Below, in pieces: positions 46,906-56,148 of a stretch of 64,000 bases of DNA (position 1 is its first letter; the number at the start of each line of letters is the position of its first letter). The translations under genes and the position numbers were made by a program. Under the pieces are notes generated by a model. It searched no databases and was not told the DNA's origin. It saw only the letters and a list, made by a program, of their open reading frames with translations. The stretch covers positions 4,320,001 to 4,384,000 of the forward strand of contig OY764159.1 of assembly GCA_963668175.1 (NCBI GenBank), in the 5' to 3' direction. The DNA comes from Syntrophales bacterium. GTDB taxonomy: Bacteria > Desulfobacterota > Syntrophia > Syntrophales > PHBD01.

Positions 46906-48189
46906 TTATGAAATGTTGTCCCCTTTTTTCAATCTGTCTACCGCCGGTTCATGATAGAGGACATCTTCCCCGTAGAGCGCTGCTATCTGTTCTTCGCTGT
47001 ATCCCAGAATGTTCGCCAGTACATCCGTATTATGTTCACCCAGAATGGGGGCATGCCCCCGGACACAGGACGGCGTCTCGGACATCTTCAGGGGACTGCC
47101 GTACATTTTCATGGGACCGATAAAGGGCTGGTCGACAACACACATCATGTCCCTCGCCTTGATTTGGGGATCCGTATCCGCCAATTCACGGATGCCCCGG
47201 ACACGCAGGCAGGGAATATCCGCTTCATCAAGCATACGTTCCACTTCCTCGACCGAATCCTGCGCCATGATCCATTCTTCCAGGGTCTGATGAATCAGGG
47301 GAGCGTTGTCGGTAGTGCAGCGTGTCGAAACATCCTTCATCCGGGGATCGGTGAGCAGCCAGGCATACTTTTCTCCCATGAGATTCACCAGGGGTGTCCA
47401 CCGGCTGTCCGTCAGGCAGGCAATGCAGATCAGACCGCCGTTTTTCCCCTTGTAAATTCCGTAGGGGGCATAGCCGGGATGCTGACGGCCGACGGGCGGC
47501 AGTTCGACATACGATCCGACGGCCTGGCCGATTAAATACCAGGGAAGCGAATTTTCATGAAGGGAAAAGAGGCAGTCCATCATCGAAATATCGATATTCT
47601 GCCCGACGCCGCTTATCTGTTTTGTATAAAGCGCTCCCAGGATGGCGGTGCACGCGTGCATGCTTGCCACTGTGTCGCCGATAGAGACGGGAGCAATGAT
47701 CGGCGGATCGCTCTGGGATGTCCAGCCGCTTGCACTCTGAGCAATGATGTCATAACCGGGCTTGTGGCTGTACGGCCCCCAGTGACCGAAACAGGAGATG
47801 GAACAGTAGATGATATTCGCCTTGATCTTCTTGACCGATTCGTAATTCAACCCTAGTCGATCCATAACGCCGGGAGCAAAATTCTCAACCAGGACATCGC
47901 TTTTCTCGATCAATTCATGAATAACGGCCATTCCTTTCGCACTTTTCAGGTTCACACAGATGCTTCTCTTGCCCCGGTTGACGTTGATGGCGTACGAACT
48001 CTGCATGACGCCGTCGTGAACGACATGATAGGGAAGCCACCGTTCATTGGCGCCAGACTTGTATTGTTCCACCTTGATGACATCGGCGCCCATATCGGCC
48101 AAGGTTTTCGTTGCATGGGGACCTGCCAGCACCCAGGTGAAATCGAGAACCGTAACCCCATTCAAACATCCCGGTTTCATACTCTCCAC
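46906..48189 (-). CDS. CoA-transferase family III (CaiB/BaiF)
   Basis: LAGP, GADVIKVE, NRGKRS, VENFAPG, GYD and catalytic-Asp region IGDTVA. SD GGAGG before GTG. Confidence 0.93.
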   Translation of the reverse strand: MESMKPGCLNGVTVLDFTWVLAGPHATKTLADMGADVIKVEQYKSGANERWLPYHVVHDGVMQSSYAINVNRGKRSICVNLKSAKGMAVIHELIEKSDVLVENFAPGVMDRLGLNYESVKKIKANIIYCSISCFGHWGPYSHKPGYDIIAQSASGWTSQSDPPIIAPVSIGDTVASMHACTAILGALYTKQISGVGQNIDISMMDCLFSLHENSLPWYLIGQAVGSYVELPPVGRQHPGYAPYGIYKGKNGGLICIACLTDSRWTPLVNLMGEKYAWLLTDPRMKDVSTRCTTDNAPLIHQTLEEWIMAQDSVEEVERMLDEADIPCLRVRGIRELADTDPQIKARDMMCVVDQPFIGPMKMYGSPLKMSETPSCVRGHAPILGEHNTDVLANILGYSEEQIAALYGEDVLYHEPAVDRLKKGDNIS

Positions 48190-48390
48190 GACAAACCTCC
48201 TGAATTATACATTATTCGTAACTCACCGATTCTCCGGACGGCAGAAAGGGCGATCAGTATCATACGATTTCGTCTGTTCCTGACCGATATGACAAAAGCA
48301 CGCAGAGATGAAATCCTGACATAGGAATTGTGCGAGATAACCGATCAGGTGAAAAACGCCTTTTGTTCCCAATGGAAGAACAGAAGTCTA

Positions 48391-48425
48391 AAAAAAATAG
48401 GGGAAAGCGGCGATCGCTTCCCCCC
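48391..48425 (-). terminator. Intrinsic terminator after tRNA-Thr
   Basis: Minus strand GGGGGGAAGCG-ATCGC-CGCTTTCCCC followed by TATTTTTTT. Confidence 0.75.
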
Positions 48426-48437
48426 TTTGTCGATTTA

Positions 48438-48513
<76 letters not shown>

Positions 48514-48640
48514 CTGCGACTGCTTTGATTGGTCAGTCGGAGCGAACGTATTTATCGCAACTGCCAATCCTTGTCAAGAATTATGCGCAGCACAATCTCT
48601 CTTTCCATGCGAAAATCAATAGCCTTTGATCTTCTCGGCC

Positions 48641-48668
48641 TTGACTTTCGTCGGCGGTCTGGTATGAT
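48641..48668 (+). promoter_or_regulatory. Sigma70 promoter of the cyclase-alr operon
   Basis: TTGACT-16 bp-TATGAT with an extended -10 TG. Confidence 0.55.
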
Positions 48669-48776
48669 CTCGCAAAATTCGACAAGAATTGCGGCTAAGT
48701 AGAAAACAAGGCGGCGGCGATCAGCGGAAGCCTTTCCGACCTGTTCGTCGAATCGCCCAATCACAACGAGGGCGCC

Positions 48777-51023
48777 ATGAACGAGAAAATCAAGAAATTA
48801 TTCTCCATTTCTCCCCTGAAAATAACATCATTCATTATATTCGTTGCCCTGGCCTTCTACATCGGCAATGTATCCTTCCTGCAGTTCATGGAACTCAAAG
48901 CCCTCGACCTGAGAATGAAATCGCGGGGCAAGCTGAAATCCGGCGGAGAAACCGTCATTGCCGTGGTGGATGAAAAGAGTCTGAAGGAGATCGGCCGCTG
49001 GCCATGGCCCCGAACAACGGTGGCCAAACTTGTCGATACACTGAAATCCTGTGGGGCCAAAGCCGTCGGCTTCGATATCGTGTTTGCCGAACCCGATCAA
49101 AACTCCAGCCTCAAGACCATTAAGTCATTAACCCATGAAGCGAAGGAAAGAGGGATCAAGGATCGCGGCCTCTACGGCCTTCTTGCCAAAGAACGTATGG
49201 CGGCCGACACGGACGCCGCCTTGGCTCACTCCATCAAGAAGGCCGGAAACGTCACCGTTGGTTACTTTTTCCATCTCTCCAGGGCCGATGTGGGCCATTT
49301 GAGTGAAAAACAGAAAGAGATATCGAAGGAAAGTATCGCCGGTTCCCGATATCAGATGGTCCAGGCCGACGCGAATCTCCATGAAGACATGCTGATCAGG
49401 GCCTATGCAGCGGAAGCCAATCTGCCGGAAATATCGGCGGCGGCGCAGGTCTCGGGGTATTTTAACGCTTACCCCGATGAAGACGGCGTCATCCGCTGGA
49501 CGCCCCTGATTACGAAAATGGGGGACGACTATTACCATTCCCTGGCTATAGGCATGCTGCTCCAGTATTTCGATTGGCCAACTTTGACCGTAAAACTGGG
49601 GGAAGGCGTCGAATCGATCAAGCTCGACACAATTGAAATCCCGACGGACGAAAGCGGCCGGATGCTCATCAATTATCTCGGCCCCGCCAAAACCTTTCCC
49701 CATTATTCGATTTCAGACATCCTTAACAAGCGTCTGTCTCCGGAGCTCTTCAAGGACAAGATCGTCCTCGTCGGCGTTACGGCTACCGGTGTCTACGACC
49801 TCCGTGTTACACCCTTCAGTACCGTCTATCCCGGAGTGGAAATCCATGCCAATGTCATCGACAACATCCTGCATCGTAACTTTCTCAAACATGCCCTCTG
49901 GACCAAGGTGTTGGATCTCCTGTCCATCATATGCTTCGGTCTTGTCATGGGCATAGCCGTCCCCCGCTTCAGGGCCGTCCAGGGAATAGTCCTGTGCCTG
50001 GGACTCCTCATTGTTTTCGTGGTCGTCAATACCTTTATTTTCGGCCACTACAATATCTGGCTGAACCTGATCTATCCCACACTGACCATGATGACGATCT
50101 ACCTCGGCATTACCATCTACCGTTATGTCACTGAAGAAAAGGAGAAGAAGAAGATTCGCGGTGCCTTCCAGTACTATTTGACCGCTTCCGTCATCAACGA
50201 GATGCTTAAGGACCCGTCGAAGCTGAAGCTCGGAGGCGACAAGAAGAACCTGTCCGTCCTGTTCTCCGATATCCGCGGATTCACAACCGTCTCGGAAAAA
50301 TTGACGCCGGAGGAGCTGGTCCATTTGCTGAACGAATACCTCACGGCCATGACGGATATCGTCTTCAAATACGACGGGCTCCTGGACAAATACATGGGTG
50401 ACGCAATCATGGCCGTCTACGGAGCGCCCCTGGACCAACCGGACCATCCATTGCGCGCGTGCCGGACAGCCCTGGACATGATCGAGGCATTGAAGAAGCT
50501 CCAGGGGAAATGGTCAGCCGAGGGAAGGCCGGTTCTCAATATCGGCGTCGGCATCAACACGGGGGAGATGGTCGTCGGCAATATGGGATCGCAGATGCGC
50601 TTCGATTATACCGTCATGGGCGACAGCGTGAATCTGGGCTCCCGTTTGGAAGGCATCAATAAGGAATATGGGACGAATATCGTCATCAGCGAGTTCACTT
50701 ACGAAGCTGTAAAGGATACCCTGTTGTGCCGGGAACTGGACTCCGTCCGGGTGAAGGGCAAAAAACTCCCCGTCAAGATCTATGAACTGGTCGGTGTCAG
50801 AGACGAAGCACCCAAGTGGGAGCAATTCCTCGCCCATTTCAACGACGGACTGGCCAAGTATAAAGGGATGCAATGGGACGAGGCCGTCGCCGCCTTCCGC
50901 AAGGCCCTGGAAATCAGGCCCGGCGATCCGCCGACGGAGATGTACGTCGACAGATGCCTTGAACTGAAGGGACATCCGCCTCAGGGTACATGGGACGGCG
51001 TATTTACAATGACGAGAAAATAA
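48777..51023 (+). CDS. CHASE2-domain class III adenylate cyclase
   Basis: CHASE2 (GRWPWPR, GFDIVFAEP, PGVEIHAN), 3 TM, cyclase motifs FSDIRGFT, DKYMGDA, YTVMGDSVNLGSRLEG (Lys/Thr adenine specifiers) and a TPR-like tail. Confidence 0.93.
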   Translation: MNEKIKKLFSISPLKITSFIIFVALAFYIGNVSFLQFMELKALDLRMKSRGKLKSGGETVIAVVDEKSLKEIGRWPWPRTTVAKLVDTLKSCGAKAVGFDIVFAEPDQNSSLKTIKSLTHEAKERGIKDRGLYGLLAKERMAADTDAALAHSIKKAGNVTVGYFFHLSRADVGHLSEKQKEISKESIAGSRYQMVQADANLHEDMLIRAYAAEANLPEISAAAQVSGYFNAYPDEDGVIRWTPLITKMGDDYYHSLAIGMLLQYFDWPTLTVKLGEGVESIKLDTIEIPTDESGRMLINYLGPAKTFPHYSISDILNKRLSPELFKDKIVLVGVTATGVYDLRVTPFSTVYPGVEIHANVIDNILHRNFLKHALWTKVLDLLSIICFGLVMGIAVPRFRAVQGIVLCLGLLIVFVVVNTFIFGHYNIWLNLIYPTLTMMTIYLGITIYRYVTEEKEKKKIRGAFQYYLTASVINEMLKDPSKLKLGGDKKNLSVLFSDIRGFTTVSEKLTPEELVHLLNEYLTAMTDIVFKYDGLLDKYMGDAIMAVYGAPLDQPDHPLRACRTALDMIEALKKLQGKWSAEGRPVLNIGVGINTGEMVVGNMGSQMRFDYTVMGDSVNLGSRLEGINKEYGTNIVISEFTYEAVKDTLLCRELDSVRVKGKKLPVKIYELVGVRDEAPKWEQFLAHFNDGLAKYKGMQWDEAVAAFRKALEIRPGDPPTEMYVDRCLELKGHPPQGTWDGVFTMTRK

Positions 51024-51040
51024 TCGGTCGGAAAGGAATC

Positions 51041-52999
51041 ATGGCGAGAAAAGAAGAATTGCAATACCGGAGCTGGATTGAGGTCGATCTCGACAATTTT
51101 ACCGGCAACTGGCTCGAAATGAAGAGGCTCGTCACGGAGGACGTTTCGATCATGCAGGTCGTCAAGGCCGATGCCTACGGCCATGGCGCGATAGAAATTT
51201 CCAACGTCGCCCTTAAAAACGGGGCGTCCATGTTGGGCGTGGCCAACGCCGACGAGGGCGTTCAACTCCGCGTCAGCGGCATAACGGCGCCTGTCGTCAT
51301 CCTGAGCCCATCGCCGGCTTCGGAAATCAGCCAGATCATCAAATACAACCTCACGCCGTCCGTGTCCGACCTCGGCTTCGCCAGAGAACTTCAGAAGAGG
51401 AGCAGGAAAGCCAATATCACAACGCCCGTTCATATCGAGGTGGACACGGGGATGGGCCGCGGCGGCACCATGCAGCACGAAGCCTTCAACATGATCCAGG
51501 AACTTACAGCCCTGCCCAACATCTACGTCGAGGGCATCTTCACCCATCTTTCCTCAAGTGAAATGCTCGACGACTACAACGAAATGCAATGGCTGCTCTT
51601 TAAAGATCTTCTGGCAAAACTCGATGCGAGCGGCATTGCCATCCCCCTCCGACACATGTCGAATAGCGGCGCGGTCCTCAATTACAGAAAATTCAACCTG
51701 AACATGGTCCGGCCGGGGCTCATGTCCTACGGCGCCCACCCGGGCGATGAAACCAAAGAACTGGCCAGACTGTCGCCGGTCATGAGTTTTAAGAGCCGGA
51801 TCGTCCTGCTCAAGGAATTTCCCTCCGGCTACAGTATCGGCTACGGTCGCACCTTTATCACGAACAAGCCGACCCGGATCGCCACCATCCCCGTGGGTTA
51901 CGGCGACGGATACGGACGCATCCTTTCCAACCAGGGGGAGGCCCTCATCGGGGGGAAGCGCTGTCCCCTCGTCGGCCTGATTTCCATGGACATGTGCACC
52001 GTCGACGTTACCGCCGTCACGGACTGCAAGATAGGCGACGAGGTCGTTCTGATGGGTAAGCAGGGCGATGAATGCATCACGGCGGACGACATTGCCGCCC
52101 GGGAGGGTACTATCAGTTACGAGGTCTTGTGCGCTCTGGGGAAGCGCGCCCCCAGGGTCTTCCTGCACAAGGGAAGGACCGACGCCGTGGAACCGCGGCT
52201 GAGACGGATTTTCATTCCCGACGAGGAAAAATCCATCACCCGGATCGACAGCATCGTACGCCACTGCTTTCAGACCAGGGCGCAAAACGCCGAAATGGGC
52301 GACGCCATCTACTACGAAATGTTCGAAACCCTCTTCGGCAAGGAAGACCGCCAACTGGAATTGAGAACGAACTTCCGCTATGATATCAACGTCTGTGAAT
52401 TCACGGATGACGAAGCGCTGCAGGAAAAGAACGCCGGCGATTTTCTCCGGGTTGCAACCCACATCTGTTACAACAAAACGATCCGCGAGTCCGTTTTCAT
52501 GATCGGCTGCGCCCTCAACAACGAGCAACTGGAAGCCTTCTTCGAGGACAAGCGCTGCGAATACCGGTGGCTCCTCAACCGGGGCGACGAACCGATTACA
52601 GAAAAAGATTTCCGCGTTACCGCCGTGCGCATCGACAACGAAGACATCCCCTTCATCAAGACCGAAAACACGGATCGCGGCTACGAAGTCTGGTGCGGCG
52701 GAGATCAGTTGAAAAAGAAACTCAACAAACAGGTCAAAGTGGAAATCGAGATCGTCACCAAAAAGCTCAAAAGCAACAACCTTTTTTCCGTCTATCTTGT
52801 CTACCCCACGCGGGGCCTCGATATTTCTTTCAATTATGAAAAGGCGAATTTCAAACGGGTCCGGGAGGTCAGTTTCTTCGCCGGCAAGCATCCTTACCCG
52901 GAAACATCGAGGGAGAGGGGAAAATCCATCACCGTTAAGATCGGGGAAGACGAGTGGATATTCCCCAACAGCGGTGTAACCTTCATTTGGGATCTATAG
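51041..52999 (+). CDS. alr: Alanine racemase fused to an uncharacterised C-terminal domain (652 aa)
   Basis: VVKADAYGHG (PLP Lys), DTGMGR, MVRPG, SIGYG (catalytic Tyr), GYGDG and ISYE...KRAPRV, then about 270 extra residues. SD AAGGA before ATG 51041. Confidence 0.9.
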   Translation: MARKEELQYRSWIEVDLDNFTGNWLEMKRLVTEDVSIMQVVKADAYGHGAIEISNVALKNGASMLGVANADEGVQLRVSGITAPVVILSPSPASEISQIIKYNLTPSVSDLGFARELQKRSRKANITTPVHIEVDTGMGRGGTMQHEAFNMIQELTALPNIYVEGIFTHLSSSEMLDDYNEMQWLLFKDLLAKLDASGIAIPLRHMSNSGAVLNYRKFNLNMVRPGLMSYGAHPGDETKELARLSPVMSFKSRIVLLKEFPSGYSIGYGRTFITNKPTRIATIPVGYGDGYGRILSNQGEALIGGKRCPLVGLISMDMCTVDVTAVTDCKIGDEVVLMGKQGDECITADDIAAREGTISYEVLCALGKRAPRVFLHKGRTDAVEPRLRRIFIPDEEKSITRIDSIVRHCFQTRAQNAEMGDAIYYEMFETLFGKEDRQLELRTNFRYDINVCEFTDDEALQEKNAGDFLRVATHICYNKTIRESVFMIGCALNNEQLEAFFEDKRCEYRWLLNRGDEPITEKDFRVTAVRIDNEDIPFIKTENTDRGYEVWCGGDQLKKKLNKQVKVEIEIVTKKLKSNNLFSVYLVYPTRGLDISFNYEKANFKRVREVSFFAGKHPYPETSRERGKSITVKIGEDEWIFPNSGVTFIWDL

Positions 53000-53034
53000 A
53001 CTCAATCCTTCTATTCTAAAAGGTGTGGTGCCTC

Positions 53035-53724
53035 ATGATGCAGAAAACAGAAGAGAGGGAAACCTATCTCCAGCCGACGGCGTTCATCGATTCCGACTCG
53101 GCAGCAACAATATCTTTCGCCGAGGCGGCCTCCGCGTCGGCGTCCACGGAGACGGAAAAAGCCATCAGGCTCTATTATGCCGTCCGCGACGGCATCCGCT
53201 ATGACCCTTACCGGATAGATCTTACTCGCAACGGTTTGAAGGCAAGCACGATCCTTAGCAGAGGTTACGGGTATTGCGTGGCAAAAGCCATCGTCCTTGC
53301 CGCCGCGGCCCGGTCCGTGGGAATTCCCAGCCGTCTCGGATTCGCCAACGTCCGCAACCACCTGATCACGGAAAGACTGCGGCAACTCATGAAGACCGAT
53401 GACTTCATCTTCCACGGATACACCGAACTCCATCTCGACGGCCGCTGGCTCAAGGCAACGCCTACATTCAACCTCGACCTATGCAATCGTTTCGGCGTAA
53501 AGCCCCTGGATTTCGACGGAAAGACCGACGCCCTGCTCCATCCGTTCGACGCCAAGGGAAACAAGCACATGGAATACACATGCGATCACGGGCATTTCGC
53601 CGATGTGCCCTACGAGCGTATCCTCGCGATTTTCCGGACGCACTACCCTTTCTACTTCGAGCAGAAGGATTTCAAGGCTGGAGACTTCGAGAGGGAGGCC
53701 CAAGAGGAACACAGAACGCCCTGA
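53035..53724 (+). CDS. Transglutaminase-like family protein
   Basis: YAVRDGIRYDPY, GYCVAKA (catalytic Cys), VRNHL, HGYTE and WLKATP motifs. Confidence 0.9.
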   Translation: MMQKTEERETYLQPTAFIDSDSAATISFAEAASASASTETEKAIRLYYAVRDGIRYDPYRIDLTRNGLKASTILSRGYGYCVAKAIVLAAAARSVGIPSRLGFANVRNHLITERLRQLMKTDDFIFHGYTELHLDGRWLKATPTFNLDLCNRFGVKPLDFDGKTDALLHPFDAKGNKHMEYTCDHGHFADVPYERILAIFRTHYPFYFEQKDFKAGDFEREAQEEHRTP

Positions 53725-53748
53725 TATTCTTCGAAGATACGGGAATGC

Positions 53749-54177
53749 CTACTTCACGCCCGAAACCTGGACCAGAATGCGGCGGTTTCGCGGGCGGTTA
53801 TCGAAATCGATGAAGACGATCTGCTGCCAAGTACCGAGCATCAGACGGCCGCTGCTGACGGGCACCGTCAGCGATGGACCGAGCAGAGCCGCCCGGACAT
53901 GCGCATAACCGTTGCCGTCGCCCCACCGGTCGTCATGACGGTAGTATTTTCCCATGGGTGCCAGTTCTTCGACCGCTTCGAGCAAATCCTTAACCACACC
54001 CGCTTCGTATTCGATCGTCGTAACGGCCCCTGTCGAACCGGGGACAAACACCAGGACCTGACCGTCCCTTATCCCCGCTCCCCTGACCGCTTCGGCCACC
54101 TGCTGCGTAATATCGGCAACTTCGGCGTTTCCGGCCGTATTTAAAGACAAATGCGTACTTACGACTTCAAAGGCCAT
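53749..54177 (-). CDS. yjbQ: YjbQ/UPF0047 family protein
   Basis: DIT, GSTGAV, YRHD..GDGNGYAHVRA and LGTWQ motifs. Confidence 0.9.
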   Translation of the reverse strand: MAFEVVSTHLSLNTAGNAEVADITQQVAEAVRGAGIRDGQVLVFVPGSTGAVTTIEYEAGVVKDLLEAVEELAPMGKYYRHDDRWGDGNGYAHVRAALLGPSLTVPVSSGRLMLGTWQQIVFIDFDNRPRNRRILVQVSGVK

Positions 54178-54268
54178 ATCCTTCTCCGGCGCTCACAAGG
54201 CCATGGGACGGATTGCTTTGTCCTGTACCCGTTCATCCGGCAAATATCCGTATTCCCATGGCCTGCAA

Positions 54269-54412
54269 TTACTTCTGACTGTCTTCCTGGTATCCCGTTA
54301 TATAATCGGATTTGTCGTGCAGCGTCTTCAGGTAGAGCAGAAGGAATTCCTCCGACGATGAACGGTCTTTCTGTTCCAATTGCTTCATCAAACCCAACTC
54401 CTGCTTAGACAT
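54269..54412 (-). CDS. Putative small protein (47 aa)
   Basis: Strong SD (GGGGAGGG) a few nt upstream of the ATG, otherwise empty region. Confidence 0.45.
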   Translation of the reverse strand: MSKQELGLMKQLEQKDRSSSEEFLLLYLKTLHDKSDYITGYQEDSQK

Positions 54413-54674
54413 GATTCCCTCCCCCAGCAAATATTTTTCGGAACGGCAGATGATCACCGGAAGGTTTACCGTCTCTCTCCTTCGGCATTACGCACGACCG
54501 TTATCCCTCTCCCGTTCCTTTTAAACCCTTGTCGAAGACATTACAATCGAAAAACACCGACGGCGGGACGTAAAACTTGTCCATGGCCATTCACAAGGAC
54601 AAGGGGAAAACGCTTGACATTCGACCGGGTCGGACAGATCAACTCATCCTTGACAATAGTCATTTGGCTATGTT

Positions 54675-54837
54675 AGGGACGCTCAATATGGGTAATCCAC
54701 GAGGATGCAAGGGAAGGCGGTGAAAATCCGCCACGGACCCGCCGCTGTGATCGGGAACGAATGCCGCAACAGCCACTTTCTTGAGATGGGAAGGCGCGGC
54801 AGGAGGATGATCCGAAAGTCAGAAGACCTGCTCATAC
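54675..54837 (+). ncRNA. Cobalamin (B12) riboswitch
   Basis: AAGGGAAggcGGTGaaAATCCgccACgGacccgccgCTGTga, GCCACT...GGGAAGG and B12 box AGTCAGAAGACCTGC, directly upstream of cob genes. Confidence 0.93.
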
Positions 54838-54899
54838 ACAAAAAGATGCCTTGATTTCCGAGGAACCGATTCGAGGCATTGTCGCGGATGAAAAACGGC

Positions 54900-54937
54900 A
54901 TCCATGGATCCAAAATCATGCATCCATGGATTTTTTT
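54900..54937 (+). terminator. Putative riboswitch-controlled terminator
   Basis: ATCCATGGAT-12 nt-ATCCATGGAT (self-complementary arms) running into a T tract. Confidence 0.5.
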
Positions 54938-54955
54938 ATGGCGGATACGGCAAAA

Positions 54956-55585
54956 ATGCGGAGGCTCATCCTGGTTCGCCACGGCGATACGGGCGACCAA
55001 TTCCGTCGGCGATACATCGGCAGTACGGATATTCCTCTAAGCATCCGGGGACGCCAGCAGGCAGCCGCCTTAAAGAAGATGCTCGGCCGGAACCTGCCAG
55101 CTGTTCGCTTGTCCAGTCCTTTGCTCCGCTGCCGGGAAACGGCCGATATCCTGATGGAAGGAATACCGGGCAGATTCAACATCGATCCGGACTTGAGGGA
55201 AATCGATTTCGGCCAGTGGGAAAAGATGACCTTCGGTGAAATTTTGGCGGCATCGCCGCACGATGTTGCCCGCTGGACGGAATTCGACCCCGATTTCGCC
55301 TTTCCCCGGGGCGAGTCTATCCGCGACTTTCAAGCCAGACTCAAGCGTTTCGCTGAGACACTCGCGGCTACAGACGCCGATTCCGTCCTGGCCGTCACTC
55401 ACGGCGGCGTCATCCGTTTCCTTATCTGCCAGTTTCTGCAACTTTCGCCCTGGCAGTACATTCTGTTCGAAGTAAAACCCGCATCTGTAACGGTGATCCA
55501 GGTTAGTGAAGGCAAAGGCACCCTTGCCGGACTGAATCTGACCGCCGAACCCCACCCCGGTTTACTCTTCCCCGGGACTGTTTAA
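54956..55585 (+). CDS. cobC: Histidine phosphatase, alpha-ribazole phosphatase
   Basis: LVRHG, SSPLLRC, LREIDFGQWE, GES and VTHGG motifs, in a cob operon. Start uncertain. Confidence 0.85.
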   Translation: MRRLILVRHGDTGDQFRRRYIGSTDIPLSIRGRQQAAALKKMLGRNLPAVRLSSPLLRCRETADILMEGIPGRFNIDPDLREIDFGQWEKMTFGEILAASPHDVARWTEFDPDFAFPRGESIRDFQARLKRFAETLAATDADSVLAVTHGGVIRFLICQFLQLSPWQYILFEVKPASVTVIQVSEGKGTLAGLNLTAEPHPGLLFPGTV

Positions 55586-55599
55586 AGGAGACTGTCCGT

Positions 55600-56148
55600 A
55601 TGGCGGAGATCATCCTGGTTACCGGCGGCTGTCGCAGCGGCAAAAGCAAATATGCCCAGAAAATCGCCGAATCCGATCCGGGCTCCAAGACCTACATTGC
55701 CACCTGTCCCTGCCTGGACGAGGAAATGGCCGAACGGATCCGAAAACACAAAGAGGCGCGCAATTCGTCCTGGTTGACCGTCGAAGAGACGCTGGACCTT
55801 ACCGGGGCATTGAGCCTGTCGGCGGCAAATTCTGTCATTCTCGTGGATTGTCTCACCTTGTGGATCAACAACCTCCTCTATGATGCGGACGTTAAGGGAA
55901 GAGAATTCAGTGAAGAGGACATGGTCCGGCAGTGCCGGAAAGTGCTCGATTCGTGTTCGCTGATATCCGGCAAAGTCATCTTCGTCACCAACGAAACCGG
56001 TATGGGCATTGTCCCTGCCGACGCGCTGACCAGGCGTTTTCGCGATATAGCGGGGCGCTGTAATCAAACCATCGCGGAGAAGGCCGATTCCGTTGTTTTC
56101 ATGGTTAGCGGTATACCACTCACTTTAAAAGGAGATATCTGCAAATGA
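55600..56148 (+). CDS. cobU: Adenosylcobinamide kinase / cobinamide-phosphate guanylyltransferase
   Basis: GGCRSGKS, YIAT, EMAERIRKH, LVDCLTLW and VTNETGMG motifs. Confidence 0.95.
   Translation: MAEIILVTGGCRSGKSKYAQKIAESDPGSKTYIATCPCLDEEMAERIRKHKEARNSSWLTVEETLDLTGALSLSAANSVILVDCLTLWINNLLYDADVKGREFSEEDMVRQCRKVLDSCSLISGKVIFVTNETGMGIVPADALTRRFRDIAGRCNQTIAEKADSVVFMVSGIPLTLKGDICK

Noticed and set aside
51554..52891. 445-aa minus-strand ORF opposite the alr fusion
   Set aside because: Antisense shadow. The plus-strand frame carries the Alr motifs and continues with similar codon style.
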